A program made the position numbers and the translations under genes. The notes below the pieces were generated by a model. It searched no databases, had not been told where the DNA came from, and saw only the letters and a list, made by a program, of their open reading frames with translations. DNA of 64,000 nucleotides from Octopus vulgaris (Eukaryota): NCBI GenBank assembly GCA_951406725.2, contig OX597825.1:69750001-69814000 (forward strand). The letters run 5' to 3'. Below are positions 40,168-53,139 of this stretch, one piece after another (within the stretch, counting starts at the first letter, position 1; every line of letters begins with the position of its first letter).

Positions 40168-40330
40168 GACGGGCTTCTTTCAGTTTTCGCCTACCAAATC
40201 CGTTCACAAGGAGTTGATTGGCCCGAGGATATAGCAGAAGCCACTTAAGGAAGATGCCAGGCAGTTGGACTGAACGCGGCACCATGTTGTTGGTAAGCAA
40301 GCTACTTACCACAGAGCCACTCCTGCGCCT
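39876..40330 (-). mobile_element. SINE family C
   Basis: Reverse complement of the family C consensus, including the internal microsatellite. Confidence 0.85.
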
Positions 40331-40723
40331 ATATGTATATATGTGGTCCAGCATAGCCGCAGTTACGTAACTGAATCGTCCTTGATTTGGGATAATTTTA
40401 AGTTGCCGCAAACAATGCAAAATAGCATGATTTAGATTTGCTTTGTCTAAGCATATTGATTGGTTGTTTAGGACAAATGATATTCTTTAAAGACATGTTT
40501 AATAAGCAGAACGCAGTAGGTGACTCATTTATGCATTTACTACTCTATTTAAGTACCTATTGTATCTAAGTTGAATTTTAGATTTCAAGAGAGGTAATGA
40601 ATCTTTCCCACAATAGCGTAAAATATATATTTGCAAGAAAGAAAACCGAAGTAGAGCCAAAATTGTTGCCAAAATAAATGGATAAATGAATTAAATTAAT
40701 TACGACGAAAATAATATCTTACA

Positions 40724-40948
40724 AGGCGGCGAGCTGGCAGAAACGTTAGCACGTCGGGCGAAATGCGTAGCTGTAGTTCTTCTGCCGTTACGTTCCGGGT
40801 TCAAATTCCGCCGAGGTCGACTTTGCCTTTCATCCTTTCGGGGTCGATAAATTAAGTACTAGTTACGCACTAGGGTCGGTGTAATCGACTTAATCCGTTT
40901 GTCCGTCCTTGTTTGTCCCCTCTGTGTTTAGCCCCTTGTGGGTAGTAA

Positions 40949-40951
<3 letters not shown>
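40724..40951 (+). mobile_element. SINE family B monomer
   Basis: aggcggcgagctggcagaaacgttagc...gcctttcatcctttcggggtcgataaattaag...gccccttgtgggtagtaaaga. Confidence 0.88.
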
Positions 40952-41036
<85 letters not shown>

Positions 41037-41712
41037 GAGAAAAAAAATAGTAACTTACGCTCTTGACCAATTTACAGCTGATGCAAATTTATGCAAGTAT
41101 ATATGCTAAGATGTTTTGTGGAAAATCCACATTCTACTCCTGGGTTATGAACCGTCAGAGCTCTCTGTATGTATATAAAATGATATACATAATTATGCAA
41201 AAATTGCTGTAGAAATCAGCATGATACAATTACCGAGTGTTGGAAGCGGTTTTCAAAACAGTAAATTCACCTTGTCACTGAAAAATAACTATGAAATCGC
41301 CCATAATTGTATTGAAATTGCTGCTATATGTACTTTGGTGAGAGGAAACCCAGTGATGTTTCTGTAATGAATTGATATTATAATAATAATGCCAATTAAT
41401 TAAAACCACCTGTGTCGATTGCACCTCAATTCTTTAATTTTAATGAGTCGTCACCAGCACAAAAAATGCAAAATAATTACAAACAATGATACACTGCAAG
41501 TACAGGTAAACTTGTATGCTTATGTATATATGTTTTGTAAAGTACATTCTAATGGAATTAGGTATTCGTTATTAACTTAAAATATTGCCTGCTCTCAGGG
41601 ACACAATCTTCATCAGCTCTTGACTCGATATACATACCTACCTACAAACATACATACCTACCTACCTACATACATATATATCTACATATATATATATCTA
41701 CATATATATATA

Positions 41713-41750
<38 letters not shown>

Positions 41751-41947
41751 TGAGAAAGTAGGTGTGTGAAAGCACGTGGTTGAATATACAGAAAATAGTA
41801 AAAAGTATATTATACTTTTCATTGGATGAAAAAAATTTATAACATTCTTCAGACATAATGACTCAAAAATATATTTTTTAACCTTTTAAAACAAGCCTTC
41901 TGTAGTTATTTCACTTTTTACTATTTTCTCTCTCTCTCTCTCTCTCT

Positions 41948-42014
<67 letters not shown>

Positions 42015-42810
42015 TATATATATACATATATAAATATACATATATACATACATACAGTTACGTATGTTGCTGTCTTTGTTATTGTTGTGTATGTGTGTGT
42101 ATCTGTGTGTGTACATCTTTGATACTTTTTTCTAACCTTAATATATTGGTGTATGTGTATAATGAAATAACAGCGATATTGAATCCATACAGTGGGCGAT
42201 GCATATCAGCGCTGTTAAACTACATGTTTAAGTGTTATTGGGGAATATAATGATGCCACACCATTTTTGTTATGAATTCAAATTTCAGTGATTAGGCTTG
42301 ATTCTCGTACGGGAGGCATGCGATGAGGAGAATAAAATACCAATCAATAATTGACCGACGGTGAATAAAATCGATTTGTACAGGTTTCCCACAACATAGA
42401 CATCTGCGTGATTCTCGACCTGTTGGAGGAATCGATATTGGTTTGAATGAATTTTCAAACAGGAAGCATATACATATTATTTTCCTTCACCTCAGAGTTT
42501 TTTTCTTTTTATATTAGCATCTTTAGTGTTTATATTTTCTCCCATATAGCTTTTCTTCACATTTGTTTCTGTTTATACTTTATCCCAAGAGAACAATGAT
42601 TATGAAAAACAATGATCATGAGTACACCGATCAAGGCCCTCCGTTCTTTTCTTTCAGTCTTTGTAAAGCATTGGTTCACAATACACGTACAAATTCACTA
42701 ATTGGACACAACATCAGCGTCTCATCCTGGGATCATTGAGTCTACTGCGGTGAACCTGGGTACATCAAATTTCGTTTCAGTATTTCATTTCATATCTATT
42801 GCTGAAACTG

Positions 42811-42863
<53 letters not shown>

Positions 42864-42932
42864 GCGAGAAAGAAGCAACAAGAATGGATAGGTTTTTAGT
42901 ACAATCGTTTCATACAAGGACAATCGTTTCAT
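42864..42932 (-). mobile_element. Fragment of the 33959-34371 hammerhead family
   Basis: gcgagaaagaagcaacaagaatggataggtttttagtacaatcgtttcatacaaggaca is identical to 33959 onward, and is also in a TA tract. Confidence 0.8.
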
Positions 42933-42974
42933 ACATATATATATATATATACATATCATGAGACGCCATGATAG

Positions 42975-43152
42975 ATCGTTAGCCACTACACACATTTTTT
43001 TCTCACCTTGTTTTTTCTGTGTCCCTTTCTGTAGAAGAGCGTAGGCTCGAAACGTAAAAGACTCTTTCTATTCCTGAGCATTATACTAATACATCTGTTT
43101 GTTTTCTACACCACCTGTCTTCGTCTTTTGTTGTTTTTTTCGTAAACTCTCC

Positions 43153-43154
<2 letters not shown>
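42975..43154 (+). mobile_element. About 180-bp element with variant hammerhead at 43025-43060
   Basis: cttt-CTGTAGA-a-GAGC-gtag-GCTC-GAAAC-GTA-aaag. Confidence 0.78.
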
Positions 43155-43196
<42 letters not shown>

Positions 43197-43745
43197 GTGT
43201 GTGCGTGTGTGTGTCTGTGTGTGTGTATACACGAAGAAAAAATGTAAGTTCAAAAGTAATGGGAGAGAGCCATACAATCCAAATCAAACACCTAAGAACA
43301 AAACCCTTTATGAAACTGAGTCAAACTAAAAATCTATAAGACTGTCACACTGAAAACTCACCACTACAGAATTAGAATTGTCGTTAATAGCAGGTCATCG
43401 AAAGGGCGAGTTTGTGTGTTTTTTTATTATTTGTGAGTGGTTCACACTAGCTGGGGAGCTCAGATACTGACGTGAGTTATCTCTCCACCCCACCCAGCTA
43501 CTGTCAGAACCGATAATCTTTTATTTGAAGTATCATGAAAGTGAATGAAAAAGTGAATGCAACACTAACCGACAGTACTAAAATTTGGCTTTAAAACACT
43601 TAAAGAAACAATAGAAAATGAAAGAAAACAGTAAATATGGTGGAAATGTCATGCTCAGAAAAAAATGCTGAAAACATGTCAAATAAATTTTTCAAACCAC
43701 AATTTTCACTGCTAAATGCTATATTCAGAATGTTACTGCTAAATG

Positions 43746-44086
43746 TGAAGGCGCATGGCTCAGTGGTTAGAGCGTCGAGCTTTCGGTCGTAAGGTTGTGA
43801 GCTCGAATCCCGGACCGGACTGTGTGTTGTGTTCTTGAGCAAGGCACTTTATTTCACGTTGCTCCAGTTCACTCAGCTGTAGAAATGAGTTGTGACGTCA
43901 CTGGTGCCAAGCTGTATCGTCCTTTGTCTTTCCTTTGGATAACACTGGTGACATGGAGAGGGGAAACAGGTATGCCTGGGTGACTGCTGGTCTTCCATAA
44001 ACAACCTTGCCCGGACTTATGTCTAGGAGGGTAACTTTCTAGGTGCAATCCCATGGTCATTCATGACCGAAGGGGGTCTTTACCCT
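43746..44086 (+). mobile_element. tRNA-derived SINE family D
   Basis: A box TGGCTCAGTGG, B box GCTCGAATCC, gttgtgttcttgagcaaggcacttta core; TSD ttactgctaaatg at 43733-43745 and 44087-44099. Confidence 0.9.
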
Positions 44087-44732
44087 TTACTGCTAAATGC
44101 TTAGAAAAAATACTAGATCTAGCATTAAAAATGCAAAGCTAAACTGGCAACACCAGTTAATCTATTACAGGATATCAATCTGACAGAGCCGTCGGGTTAG
44201 CAGGGTATAATAATATTTCTTGTAGTTTTCTACAACCTGGGTCCAAACCAGGTCTGGCGGAACTTTGCTTGGCGTGCTTTTGGGTTCGCTAAATAAAATA
44301 CGACCTACATACTGAGGCTAAGGAGAGTGGTAAAAGAAAATGGTTCATATCACTGTCCCACCACCGTTTCAGTATCTCTTAACTTATGCAACCAAATGCA
44401 GGTTCTCTGGCCGAATATTAAGTATTATTAGCACGGTGTGCTGACAGAATCGAGAGAGCGATGGGAAACAATTACTTTGCCGTATTCGTTCTATGGTCTT
44501 TACGTCCTGAATTCCTTTTCTGCTAAAGACGACTTTCCCTTGCGTCTTTTGGGTTTAAAAAAATAAGATAGATAAGTACTGGAGCTGATATTATCGATTA
44601 TTCCTGACCCATCACAATGTTTAGCTTTGTGCGAAAATCATATACAATTATCCCACAAGTGATAGAGAATGGAAGTTCCGAATACAAACTATGAAGTCAT
44701 GTGGGAAAGTGTGATAGCAAAAAAAAAATGTT

Positions 44733-44779
<47 letters not shown>

Positions 44780-45927
44780 GGCAGCAGCAGCAGCAGCAGC
44801 ATTGTTAGCGATAGCAACGACAGTGAAAGTAGGTAGAATACGATGATGATAACAAAACGAATATCGCTTTAGGAGTGGTAGCCGAAGTATAACTAACATA
44901 ACCGATAAACACAAGGGTGATGTGGGATGGATGGTGCTGAGGATAATTAGAATTCTTGGGGATCTTATAATCCGACGTGCTAGCGCATAAGAAATATAAG
45001 GTTAATAGGTGTGGGTGGTCCTCAAGGAATTATATAGCAAAAAGCTAAATTAATGGAAGATTCTAAAGTAGGTACTTAATTATTTATTTAAGATGGCAAT
45101 GTTGAAAGGACGCAGAGTTGAGAAAATGGAATAAAGCAAAATTAAAATAGATTCAGGAAATCAAGCACCGAGACAAAAGCGAGCGATAGAAATAAAGATT
45201 ATATTATGAATAATTGTGTGAAAAGGAAAGAATAAATGCTTAATACTTAGTTATTTATTTACAGGGCTAAATAATAGAAGTCACTCTATTGGAAAGGTGG
45301 AGAGATGGCAAAATATACTGAATGAATTAAAGCCGTAAAATCCTGCTGAAAGCTAAACAGAATTCTGCATCAGGAATTTAGATAAATTGAACAAGTGAGA
45401 AAAAAGTAAAATAAAATAAAATAATGTTAATTGTCGTTCACATTATATGAATATATAAACCCTTAAGTGACCGCAGGAGAACGGTTTTCTAGAATTGCCT
45501 CCGCTGTCGACGTTCACAGAAAGCCCCAAGCAAAAGCACACGGACTATGGACCAACTGCACTGCCAAATGTAACAAATATACTTATTTAATATTTAATAG
45601 TTACGCGTATATTAAATACGAGAAAAACGCCCCCCGTCCACTGGACGGTGCTGAATCATATCTGCTGAATAAAAAGCAATCAGTATTTTCTTTTCATTAA
45701 AAAATAATTGAGCATACCTTTATTTCAATAAAATTTTGGGTTTTGTTAAACGAAGTTCAGGCAAAATAAAACTTCTTGAGGAAACAAATAGTCCTTCCTT
45801 CATGCCAAGTTTGAAGAAAATATCTCTTTTGCACCTTACGTTTTGGTCTCTTAAATATTCTGCATTTTGTGGAATTGTTTCAAGCTACCCGGCTTTTTTG
45901 CGCAAACTGCACGTGCGTTTTTCTCGG

Positions 45928-46044
45928 GTACAGATGTACTTGCGCGTAGAAATGTACTCGCGCGTACAAATGTACTTGCGCGTACAAATGTACTTGCGCG
46001 TACAAATGTACTTACGCGTACTAATGTACTTGCGCGTACAAATG
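45928..46044. repeat. 18-bp minisatellite (aaatgtacttgcgcgtac), about 6.5 copies
   Basis: Direct reading. Confidence 0.9.
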
Positions 46045-46123
46045 CACGTTGCCACGGATTTATAGATCGCATTTTCACCTGGAATCGATTTTTGTAATGT
46101 TTTCAAGACTTATGTACGCCCTG

Positions 46124-46353
46124 ATACCTATTTCTTTACTACCCACAAGGGACTATACACATAAGGGACAAACAAGGACAGACAAACGGATTAAGTCGAT
46201 TATATCGATCCCAGTGCGTAACTGGTACTTATTTAATCGACCCCGAAAGGATGAAAGGCAAAGTCGAACTCGACGGGATTTGAACTCAGAACGCAGCGGC
46301 GGACAAAATATCCCTAAGCAGTTCGCCCGGCGTGCTAACGTTTCTGCCAGCTC
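46124..46353 (-). mobile_element. SINE family B monomer ending 4 nt past the multimer junction
   Basis: atac/ctatttctttactacccac at 46124; tacgccc flanks both sides. Confidence 0.85.
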
Positions 46354-46997
46354 TCTGCCTTCATACGCCCGTCGGTATCTACATGTCAAATTTGAGCACA
46401 ATCGGTTGGACGATGTCTAAGATCCTAGAAGACACACACACAGACGGACAGAACGGATTTTATATAATAGATTTAATAGTTACGTGTGCATGTGTGCGTG
46501 CGTGTATGCGCACGCGTGTCCCCGTGTTTAAGGGTAGAATGGTCCACTGGTTAAGAATTTCGCTTCCTTCCAATACAAACACTCGACTCCGAGGATGCAA
46601 CAACTAAAGTGAAGGCAGCACTAGCACTCGGCTTGTACTCATTTTCTTCCGAGAACACTAGAGCAACGATAAGGCATGAGCCTTTCGCACGAACACAACG
46701 CAGCACAGAGTGTAGAATTTGAAACCACAATCCTATAATCAAGAGACCGATATCCTAAAGCCTACACCACCTGCTATCACATACGCTCAAATACATACAC
46801 ATGCGTGTGAGCACAATTACATATCTTTGATTAAAAACATTTATTCTCATGTACCCTGGCGTGGTTTACTTCGTAAGACTGGAAACATCCATTTCTGCTC
46901 GTTGTATTAGTCTGCCTCATAGCCAAGTATCTTCTTCGAGCAAGAGCTGAAGATTGTACATTGTGCGAAACGGTGATTTATATTAAGAAAATAATAA

Positions 46998-47244
46998 ATG
47001 TGCCCTTTTAAAGCCTAGCCAGGCTCATGGGCCCAGTTTCCCGGTTTCTATGGCGTATGTGTTCCACAGCTGGTCGGGACGACAGTCCATCGCAGCGTTA
47101 CTCATTTTTGCCAGCTGAGTGGACTGGAGCAACGTGAAATGAAGTGTTTTGCTCAAGAACACAACGCGTCCCCGGTCTAGGAATCGAAACCATAACCTTA
47201 CGATCGTGGTGCTGACACCCTAACCACTAAGCCACGCGCCCCCA
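46998..47244 (-). mobile_element. tRNA-derived SINE family E (shares core with D)
   Basis: cagctgagtggactggagcaacgtgaaatgaagtgttttgctcaagaacacaac...ctaaccactaagccacgcg; imperfect TSD cggtRatttaYatta. Confidence 0.82.
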
Positions 47245-48497
47245 CGGTAATTTACATTACTAATACAAAATGCTAAGCTATAAGTGGATTTGAACTATCA
47301 CAAGATGCTTTTCATTGGAGATCCACAAGACAATGTAGTCATGAATGAATGTATAAACAAACGAATACATAAATATAGTTTGACATTTTTCTAACCTGTC
47401 CTTAACAGAGGGAGCTAAACAAACTAAAATAGTAAAAGCACTTTTGAGAGTGATTCCGATTTTCCTCCGCTAGGAGAATGAAAATACGAATAAGTGACAT
47501 TAACAATGAAGAAATATTTATTCTGTGACTCTAATCTAGTGTCTCTGTAGGAAACATGTAGTCTGGATATGCTATAAATTTATAGCAAAACACATTTTCT
47601 ATCTAACATGTCCTTTGAGTTGAATCGATATTACTCACCTTAAGCAAACAGTAGTCAGGTAATAATTACTGTATCGTTCTTAAGGCATGATTTACTCCAT
47701 TCTGTAATTTCTGTAAACATCGTTATTCTTTATTTCAGGTCATATTGTGTGCCCGAATATATTGTGAACGATTAATGTTGCGAAAAACATTGAGAACTAT
47801 CTTTCAGCAGGCCCAATAACAAACGCCTGAAATTTATAGAACATCGAATAAACGAAGCCTTTTCAAATAATAGCAATTCTTCTGCTGAAGTCGTTATGTG
47901 TTTTACGTTTAAATATTTATATTATCCGTGTATCTTCCTCCGACATGTCAAACGATATTATTCTGCCTACCGTCATGTATTATTCACTACAACGATAATG
48001 ACAAACAACCTTCTGTTTGCGAGATTTCATAGGCAAATAGCATGCTTGGTAGTTCTTTTTTTTATTAATGGTTTTCTCATGATGAAATGTCGAACGTACT
48101 ATGTCTAAACACGAAAAATTGCTAAATACAAATGCTAAGCTTTGTTTGGTCTGCAAACTCTTAAAGTTCCTTGAATAATATACATAGGCATTTAGACGTA
48201 CAATAGGATAAAATTTTAGGTTTCTGATATGTTATCGGAAACACTTTGACAAGTTAGTAGTGAATGCTCAAAATTGATCCATGAATACAGAAAATGCCTC
48301 AACAAAGGAACACAAAAGGTACACAGGGATATGTGCAGGAATTGCGGGCTGGAGTGTACCGATACTTGGTAGGAGTACTAGCCCGCGCCTGTTGCACAGA
48401 ATGATGTATTTCAAATCACGTGCAATATGACAATCTATATAGATAAGAAGCTGCAACATAATCAACCAGATTTCACTCTTCTCTGGAGAATAGATCT

Positions 48498-48795
48498 CCA
48501 TTGAAATAGCGGTAATTGAAGATCTGAACATTTGAAAGACAGATTAATCAGAAAGCTGAAAGTTATCGAGATATTCCAATTGAGTGAAAAATATTTATAG
48601 AATCGCAACGGTGACTCTGATGCCCGTCGTGATTGCTGAACTAGGAACCAAAGCCTGGCATGAGAATTAAGAACTCTCGGACTTCAATGGAAAGTACAAA
48701 GTTGGCGGCCATACTTGGAACAGCAAATGCAAATAAGAAAAGTTTGCAAGAGGGAGCTGTGAGATGACATAGTTAACCCTGAATATCAAAACGGG
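48498..48795 (+). mobile_element. Decayed 3' end (restriction-like endonuclease region) of an R4/Dong-type LINE
   Basis: Remnants IEIAVIEDLNI, MPVVIAELG and AAILGTA, followed by (CTA)n/(TAA)n. Confidence 0.55.
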
Positions 48796-48868
48796 TGACA
48801 ATCACACTACTACTTCTACTACAACTACCACTACTACTGCTGCTGCTGCTGCTGCTGCAGCTGCCACT

Positions 48869-48913
<45 letters not shown>

Positions 48914-48988
48914 GCTACCACTAAAACCACCACCATCACCACAACTACTACTACTACTACTACTACTAATAATAATAATAATAATAAT

Positions 48989-50660
48989 GAAAGTGTTAGG
49001 AAAAATGCCGAATTGGAATTGTCCAGGACCAGGTTTAGTTCAAGGGTACTGGCTAAATAAATTTAGTAGTTTACATGGGAGTCTGAGGGAACAATTTCAG
49101 GATTGCCTTGATAAAAGAATGATATCAGATTGGATGACTAGAGGGAGGACAATACTCATTTTGAAAGATAAGAACAAGGGTAATACAGCTAGTAACTATA
49201 GACCAATCACTTGCTTACCATCAGTATGAAAATTGTTAACAGGAATGCTTTTAGAAAGCATTTACGAGCACTTTGACAACCAGAATTTACTGTCAGAAGA
49301 ACAGAAAAGTTGCAGGAAGAAGGCTAGACGAACGAATGATCTATTATACATAGACAAAGCAGTTCCAAATGAATTAAAAGCTAGAAAGGAAAATCTAACA
49401 ATAACATAGATAGATTATAGGAAAGACTATGACATGATCCCACGCACTCATAGATAAATGAATGTTTGTGTCTATTAAGTATAGCAGACGACACAAGAGA
49501 ATTAATTAGCTGTAACGAAGAAGTGGAAAGTAGATCTCACACAGGTGATATACTCTTCAGGAATGTTGATATCAAAAGAGAAATTTTCCAGGGTGACTTT
49601 AATGTTTATCTTATGTTAGATCCCCCTCAGCTTAGCAGAAATAGTAAGAGAAAATTTACCATTGGCTCTACATGGATGATCAGAAACTGTTTAGTAAGAA
49701 TGAAACAGAGAGTGAGAGAGAGATATTCCTTAATACAGACTGTAAGACTCTTATGCAAAGATATAGGCATGGAATTTGGCATAGATAAATGTGCAATATT
49801 AGTCATGAGAAGGCAACAGGTAGTAAAAAGAGAAGGCATCCAAATACCAGATGGCGAGACAATAAAATCATTGAAAGGAGAAAGTCATAGGTATCTAAGA
49901 GTATTAGAATCTCACAAGGTACAAACTATAGAAATTAAAACGGAAATTGAGGGATACGTCAGAAGTCTGCGGAAGCTGATGAAACCAAAACTAAATGGCC
50001 AGAACCTAGTGAAGGGTGTAAATACTTTGGCAGTATCATTCCATATATACTCAGCAGCTTTTGTAGATTGGACAACAACTGAACTAGCAAAGCTAGACAG
50101 AAGAACTAGGAAGAAATCCAATGTAAATAAAGAACACCATCCACGAGTAGGAGTAGCAAGATTATACTTACCCAGAAAGGAAGGAGGGAGAGAGTTGATA
50201 TCAGTAGAAGACTGCATGGAGTTAGCTAGAGTAGATATAGGCTCCTACGTAGGTAATAGCGAAGTAAGTTTTTTATTTAAATCACAAGACATAGGGAAAC
50301 CAAAAACGCAAACGAAGTCAAAAGCCTGAAAAAAGAACAGACATTACCTAACTGGCAGGAGAAGGCGTTGCATGATAGATTACCAAGGATAGTTGTCGTA
50401 AATAGTATTAGTGAGGCGTGGTTATGGTTGCAGAAAGAAAAGCTGAAAAGGAAGACAGGGAGTTTGTTAGTAGCAGCATAAGATCACGTATTTGGGACTA
50501 ATTGGATAACAGCCAAGATAGACAAAAGCCAAGTAGATTCCCAATGTAGGTTATGCAAGTTAAAAGAAGAAAGCGTTACTCATATAGTAAGCGAATGTAG
50601 TATGCTGGCACAGAAAGAATACAAGAAAAGACATAACAACCTAAATAAAAGACATGACAA
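48989..50660 (+). mobile_element. R4/Dong-clade non-LTR retrotransposon, 5'-truncated and decayed
   Basis: KMPNW..PGPG.VQGYWL, GRTILILKD, NYRPITCL, DIGMEFGIDKC, RLYLPRKEGGR and CCHC knuckle CRLCKLKEESVTHIVSEC; (TAA)n on both flanks. Confidence 0.88.
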
Positions 50661-50707
50661 CTTTGATGGCATGCACTGTTCTCTCACTCAATAATAATAA
50701 TAATAAC

Positions 50708-50778
<71 letters not shown>

Positions 50779-51672
50779 TAATAATAATCTTGTCCATTAC
50801 GGTCACAAGGACTGACTTGAACACTGGGGTCGATATAATTAACCTATCAATTTCCTTGAAATGGCTAGTCTTACATCAAAATTTGAAACCATTATGAATC
50901 TAACATTTCTCTCTGCTGTTGCTCATAGCCTTATGTGTGACTATCAAAGCTATCCCAAATTGATAGTATATATATACATACGCGTGTGTGTTTGTGTGTG
51001 TTTGTGCGCATCTGTGTGTTTGTAAATGTGTGTGTATGTTTGCATGTATCCTCGTATGTATACTGGAAGGTGTGTGTCTTTGAGATACACAGCGTGTAAT
51101 TAGCTTCATAACCAAGTAATCTCACATTTCATTTATTTATTTATGTATTTATTCATTTATTTATTTGCCATGGTCTAGGAAAGTTAATGATTTATTTTCC
51201 GCTTGAATGCCAAGTGAAGGATATTTTTTTATTTTTTTATCACACTATGTTATTTTAACTTTTCACATTTTTTTTAATGTTTCCTAATCGGAACGCAGAA
51301 TCCGCCATCTTACTTTATTTTCTTAACAAATACAGAATTCTTTTTTTTTCCTCCAGTTCGTTCATCCGCAATTTTTCAAACTATATTTCACGGATGTTTT
51401 AGTATTTATTATTAATGTAATAATTACAAGCAATATCGGAGTTAAATATTGAACCCACGTATGAATTTTATCAAATAAATATTATCATCGACACAATGGG
51501 GGATTGACAGACTGGAAAAATATCGTATCTAGTTATATCGACTTTTCCTCAATAATGATGAAAGGTGAGCTAAACGGAGAGAAGTTAATAACACAATTTT
51601 TCAGATGTTACCTATGTCTCACAATGTACTTGGTTCGAGATTTGGTTTAATGTGTTTCGTTATCTCTTACTC

Positions 51673-51729
<57 letters not shown>

Positions 51730-51749
51730 GTATATATATATATATATAT

Positions 51750-52022
<273 letters not shown>

Positions 52023-52229
52023 GTATATATGTATGAATTGAATATTATGTTTACGCAGTGTTCCTGCTCGCCTAACTCCTTGCTCTAAAATATCTCTTCC
52101 TCAAAAGAATGAGGAGTGTGCGATGTAATTAACTATTTGTTAAGAATTTCATTGAAAAGGGACTTTCGAAAATTTCATGCAAGTGACACAGTAATTGTTT
52201 AAATGTCAATAGCGACTATACACATATAT

Positions 52230-52264
<35 letters not shown>

Positions 52265-52320
52265 GTATATGTGGTTGTGAGTATGTGTATGCACGTGTGT
52301 GTTTGTGTGTGTCTATTTGT

Positions 52321-53139
52321 GTGTTCGGCCTAAATGTGAAAGTTTGCACTAGACGAGAAAAATAGCACAATATCCCATCCATAAATACAAGTATTTCTAA
52401 AAAATCAGAAATTATCAATTAGATGATGTTTGGAAGATAACTATTGAATCAGAGTAACTGCCCTCTGTTTCCACCACAGTTTCAAGACGGCTTCGGAACC
52501 TACCGCATGCGTTCCTCACTATCCGTCACAAGGTCTTTGAAAACCACCTTAACTTCTGCCACCTGGTCAACCGCACTGCACACTTGGTAATCTAAGGGAT
52601 TACAATCGGTGGAGATTAGGAGGCCAGAAATTGGGGTTGCTGAAGTTGTGGAAATTCTATCATAGCAACCTATGACAAATTCCAGAGGTATTTCAAGCAG
52701 CCGAATCCTGCTGCCATACATATGGACATCTCCAGCAAGAGATTGATCACAGACTACAGCAGCTTTGCATAGGCGTCTGAATTAAAAAGAAGCTCTGTTC
52801 AAAGATGTTGGGTTGAACTATGGCATGTGTTCGCAGTCAGAACGCCTGCTGTCACTTGATGCTGGCCACGACTTCCTAGTTTCCTTGCTGCTGTCCATGT
52901 TATGTATTACAGCCTTTGCATTGTTCACAGGGCTTTGAGCAGCAATGATACTGGTGTGTTGACATCCGGTGCGTATGATCATAATACGGGTAAATCTTTT
53001 CCAATATTCATGTGGTTTTTATTCCTCCATATCAACTCACATTTTCTGAAGTACGTCTTTAAACCGTAATGCTCTCCAATGCCCTTCAAGTTTGATACAT
53101 ATAAATCGATAAGAATCGTTAAATTTAGCCCGAAAACCT
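52321..53139 (-). mobile_element. maT-like Tc1/mariner relic
   Basis: Minus strand DCNPLDYQVCSAV motif; imperfect TIRs gtgttcggcctaaat / atttagcccgaaaac. Confidence 0.65.

Noticed and set aside
43750-43820. tRNA genes suggested by A/B boxes (also 9888, 31130, 51870)
   Set aside because: They continue into SINE bodies and lack a proper acceptor stem; they are SINE heads
46943-46980. CTGAAGA...GAAAC motif
   Set aside because: No complementary stem I and no valid NUH triplet
47730-47780. Possible acceptor (ttatttcag) for the next receptor exon
   Set aside because: The downstream frame closes quickly and shows no class C GPCR similarity
48795-48990. Poly-Leu signal-peptide-like N-terminus of ORF 48795-49229
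   Set aside because: It is a (CTA)n/(CTG)n/(ATA)n tract read in frame with the LINE relic
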